A model generated the notes under the pieces. That model was given only the letters and a program-made list of their open reading frames with translations, searched no databases and was not told the origin of the DNA. Below, one piece after another: positions 62,701-64,000 of a DNA stretch of 64,000 bases; within the stretch, counting starts at the first letter, position 1, and each line of letters starts with the position of its first letter. The translations under genes were made by a program, and so were the position numbers. The stretch is from Vicugna vicugna (Eukaryota). The stretch is from positions 1,432,941 to 1,496,940 of the forward strand of contig MU058844.1 in the NCBI GenBank assembly GCA_013265495.1, in the 5' to 3' direction.

Positions 62701-63329
62701 TACCTTTAAATTCTTAAGTTACATCTTTAAACATGATTGATTTTGGACAATAACTAGAGCTCATCAGCATTTACATGCTCCCAGAAAACAAAATGAGAAC
62801 GTTAATGTTTCTTTCATTTCATTATACCTCACCACCTCCCAATTTGGGATCATCTAAAATTTTAACTCCAAATCATAATAAAAATAATTTTTTTGTATTA
62901 CACATAAAAAGCATTTAAACTTAACAACACATTTTTATTGTTTCTTTTTTTCCTTTGTACCAGGCTTTTTTTTATAGCCCATATCTTTCCTTATCTTGAC
63001 TTAGTCTTGTTGTGTGATGTTGGCATACAAGTTTGAATAACTTGTTCACATTTTGGTAGAAGTTGGCTCATATTACAGAGCTTGTCTCAGTGATTGCAGA
63101 GGCAGAAGAAGACATCCGGCAAGGAGGAGATGTGAGCCTTAGCTGGTCTCTGGGGTATCACCTGTGACAACCAACGGCCCCATCTCTGGTCTCAGGACCC
63201 GCGTTCATCTGTGTCAGCCTGGGGACAGTTGCTGCTCTCTCTGGCTCTGCGCATCCAGGAAGTGGGGGGCTGGCTGACAAGCCTAGTTCCCCTAAATGTG
63301 CTGCCCCAATGAACCACTGTGACAATTGC

Positions 63330-63600
63330 TCCGGGACCTCCTTCTGCCTGAAGTTTCCCATAATCATTCTCATTTCCATGCTACTTCTGTCCTGTATGTT
63401 GTCCTCTGGTCTTGTTTCACCAAGAATTCAATCCTACGTCCTCTATATCTTCTATGATTATCTTACCTCTTTGTTGTTGACATCATTCTTTCTTGTTTTC
63501 TGTGTTGTTATGAATATGTTTCTTTATTTGACCATATTCAGAGATATCAGAGTGGAAGAGAATGTGTGTTTGGTCTGCCACTTTGCTCCTATTTCTGGAT
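63330..63600 (-). mobile_element. HAL1/old-L1 5' fragment
   Basis: Ends 'aatgtgtgtttggtctgccactt', like the antisense 5' end of HAL1/L1ME. Confidence 0.4.
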
Positions 63601-64000
63601 AACATATATAACAATGTCCCTGCCAATCAGCTCATGTATTATTACCATGTTGTTTCTAAAAGGAAAATTTAATTTATTATCCCTGCCTTTGGTTTTGTCT
63701 TTTTTGCTTTTTTTTAATCTGCTTATACTTATTTTTGTTTAGTATAATCCAACCTGACAGGAAAAGTCTCTCTTTATAGCCATCACCCATAAAAAGCAAT
63801 AATAAAATCTTAACTCTGATGCTTATTTACTGTGTATACTCTGCCAAATGGCAAAGAAAGCATTTCCAGTATAGATTCCCCACCGGTGCTAAGAGCATCT
63901 GTAAAGACATGGTAATGTGAAAGAAAGCCAAAAAGATACAATGGAAGCAGTGTTGTCCAAAACAGTTTTCGTTAAATGTACTTATCTTAAAAGGACTCTG

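Noticed and set aside
1..64000. CRISPR array, operon or other prokaryotic/viral system
   Set aside because: There is no repeat-spacer periodicity and no gene-dense coding structure; the sequence is mammalian non-coding DNA.

Overview
This is non-coding mammalian genomic DNA, very probably from a camelid (alpaca, llama or camel). The evidence is a tRNA-Ala-like SINE at 56967-57095 that matches the camelid vic-1-type SINE, plus short young cetartiodactyl-style L1 3' ends; I recognised no Alu, B1 or Bov-tA. I found no credible protein-coding exon, rRNA, functional tRNA, CpG island, CRISPR array or prokaryotic system. The listed ORFs are chance ORFs, microsatellite translations or transposon relics. 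The window is a mosaic of old repeats (MIR, L2, L1M, HAL1, MLT1/MLT2 solo LTRs, MER58/MER20/MER5 hATs, MER47 and MER44 Tiggers) separated by long repeat-free blocks that look like regulatory sequence in a large intron or gene desert. The most interesting observations are: (1) an internal L2 fragment inside a younger Tigger7/MER44 with no tail or TSD; (2) three decayed coding relics of ancient non-L1 LINEs, found by manual translation (RT motifs at ~30.5-31.3 kb, an AP-endonuclease motif at ~9.2 kb, an RTE-like C-terminus at ~7.9 kb); (3) a pre-miRNA-sized 22-bp hairpin at 17557-17614; (4) several transcription-factor motif clusters. Repeat family names come from my recollection of consensus sequences, not from a database search. 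Boundaries are approximate unless termini or TSDs are cited.
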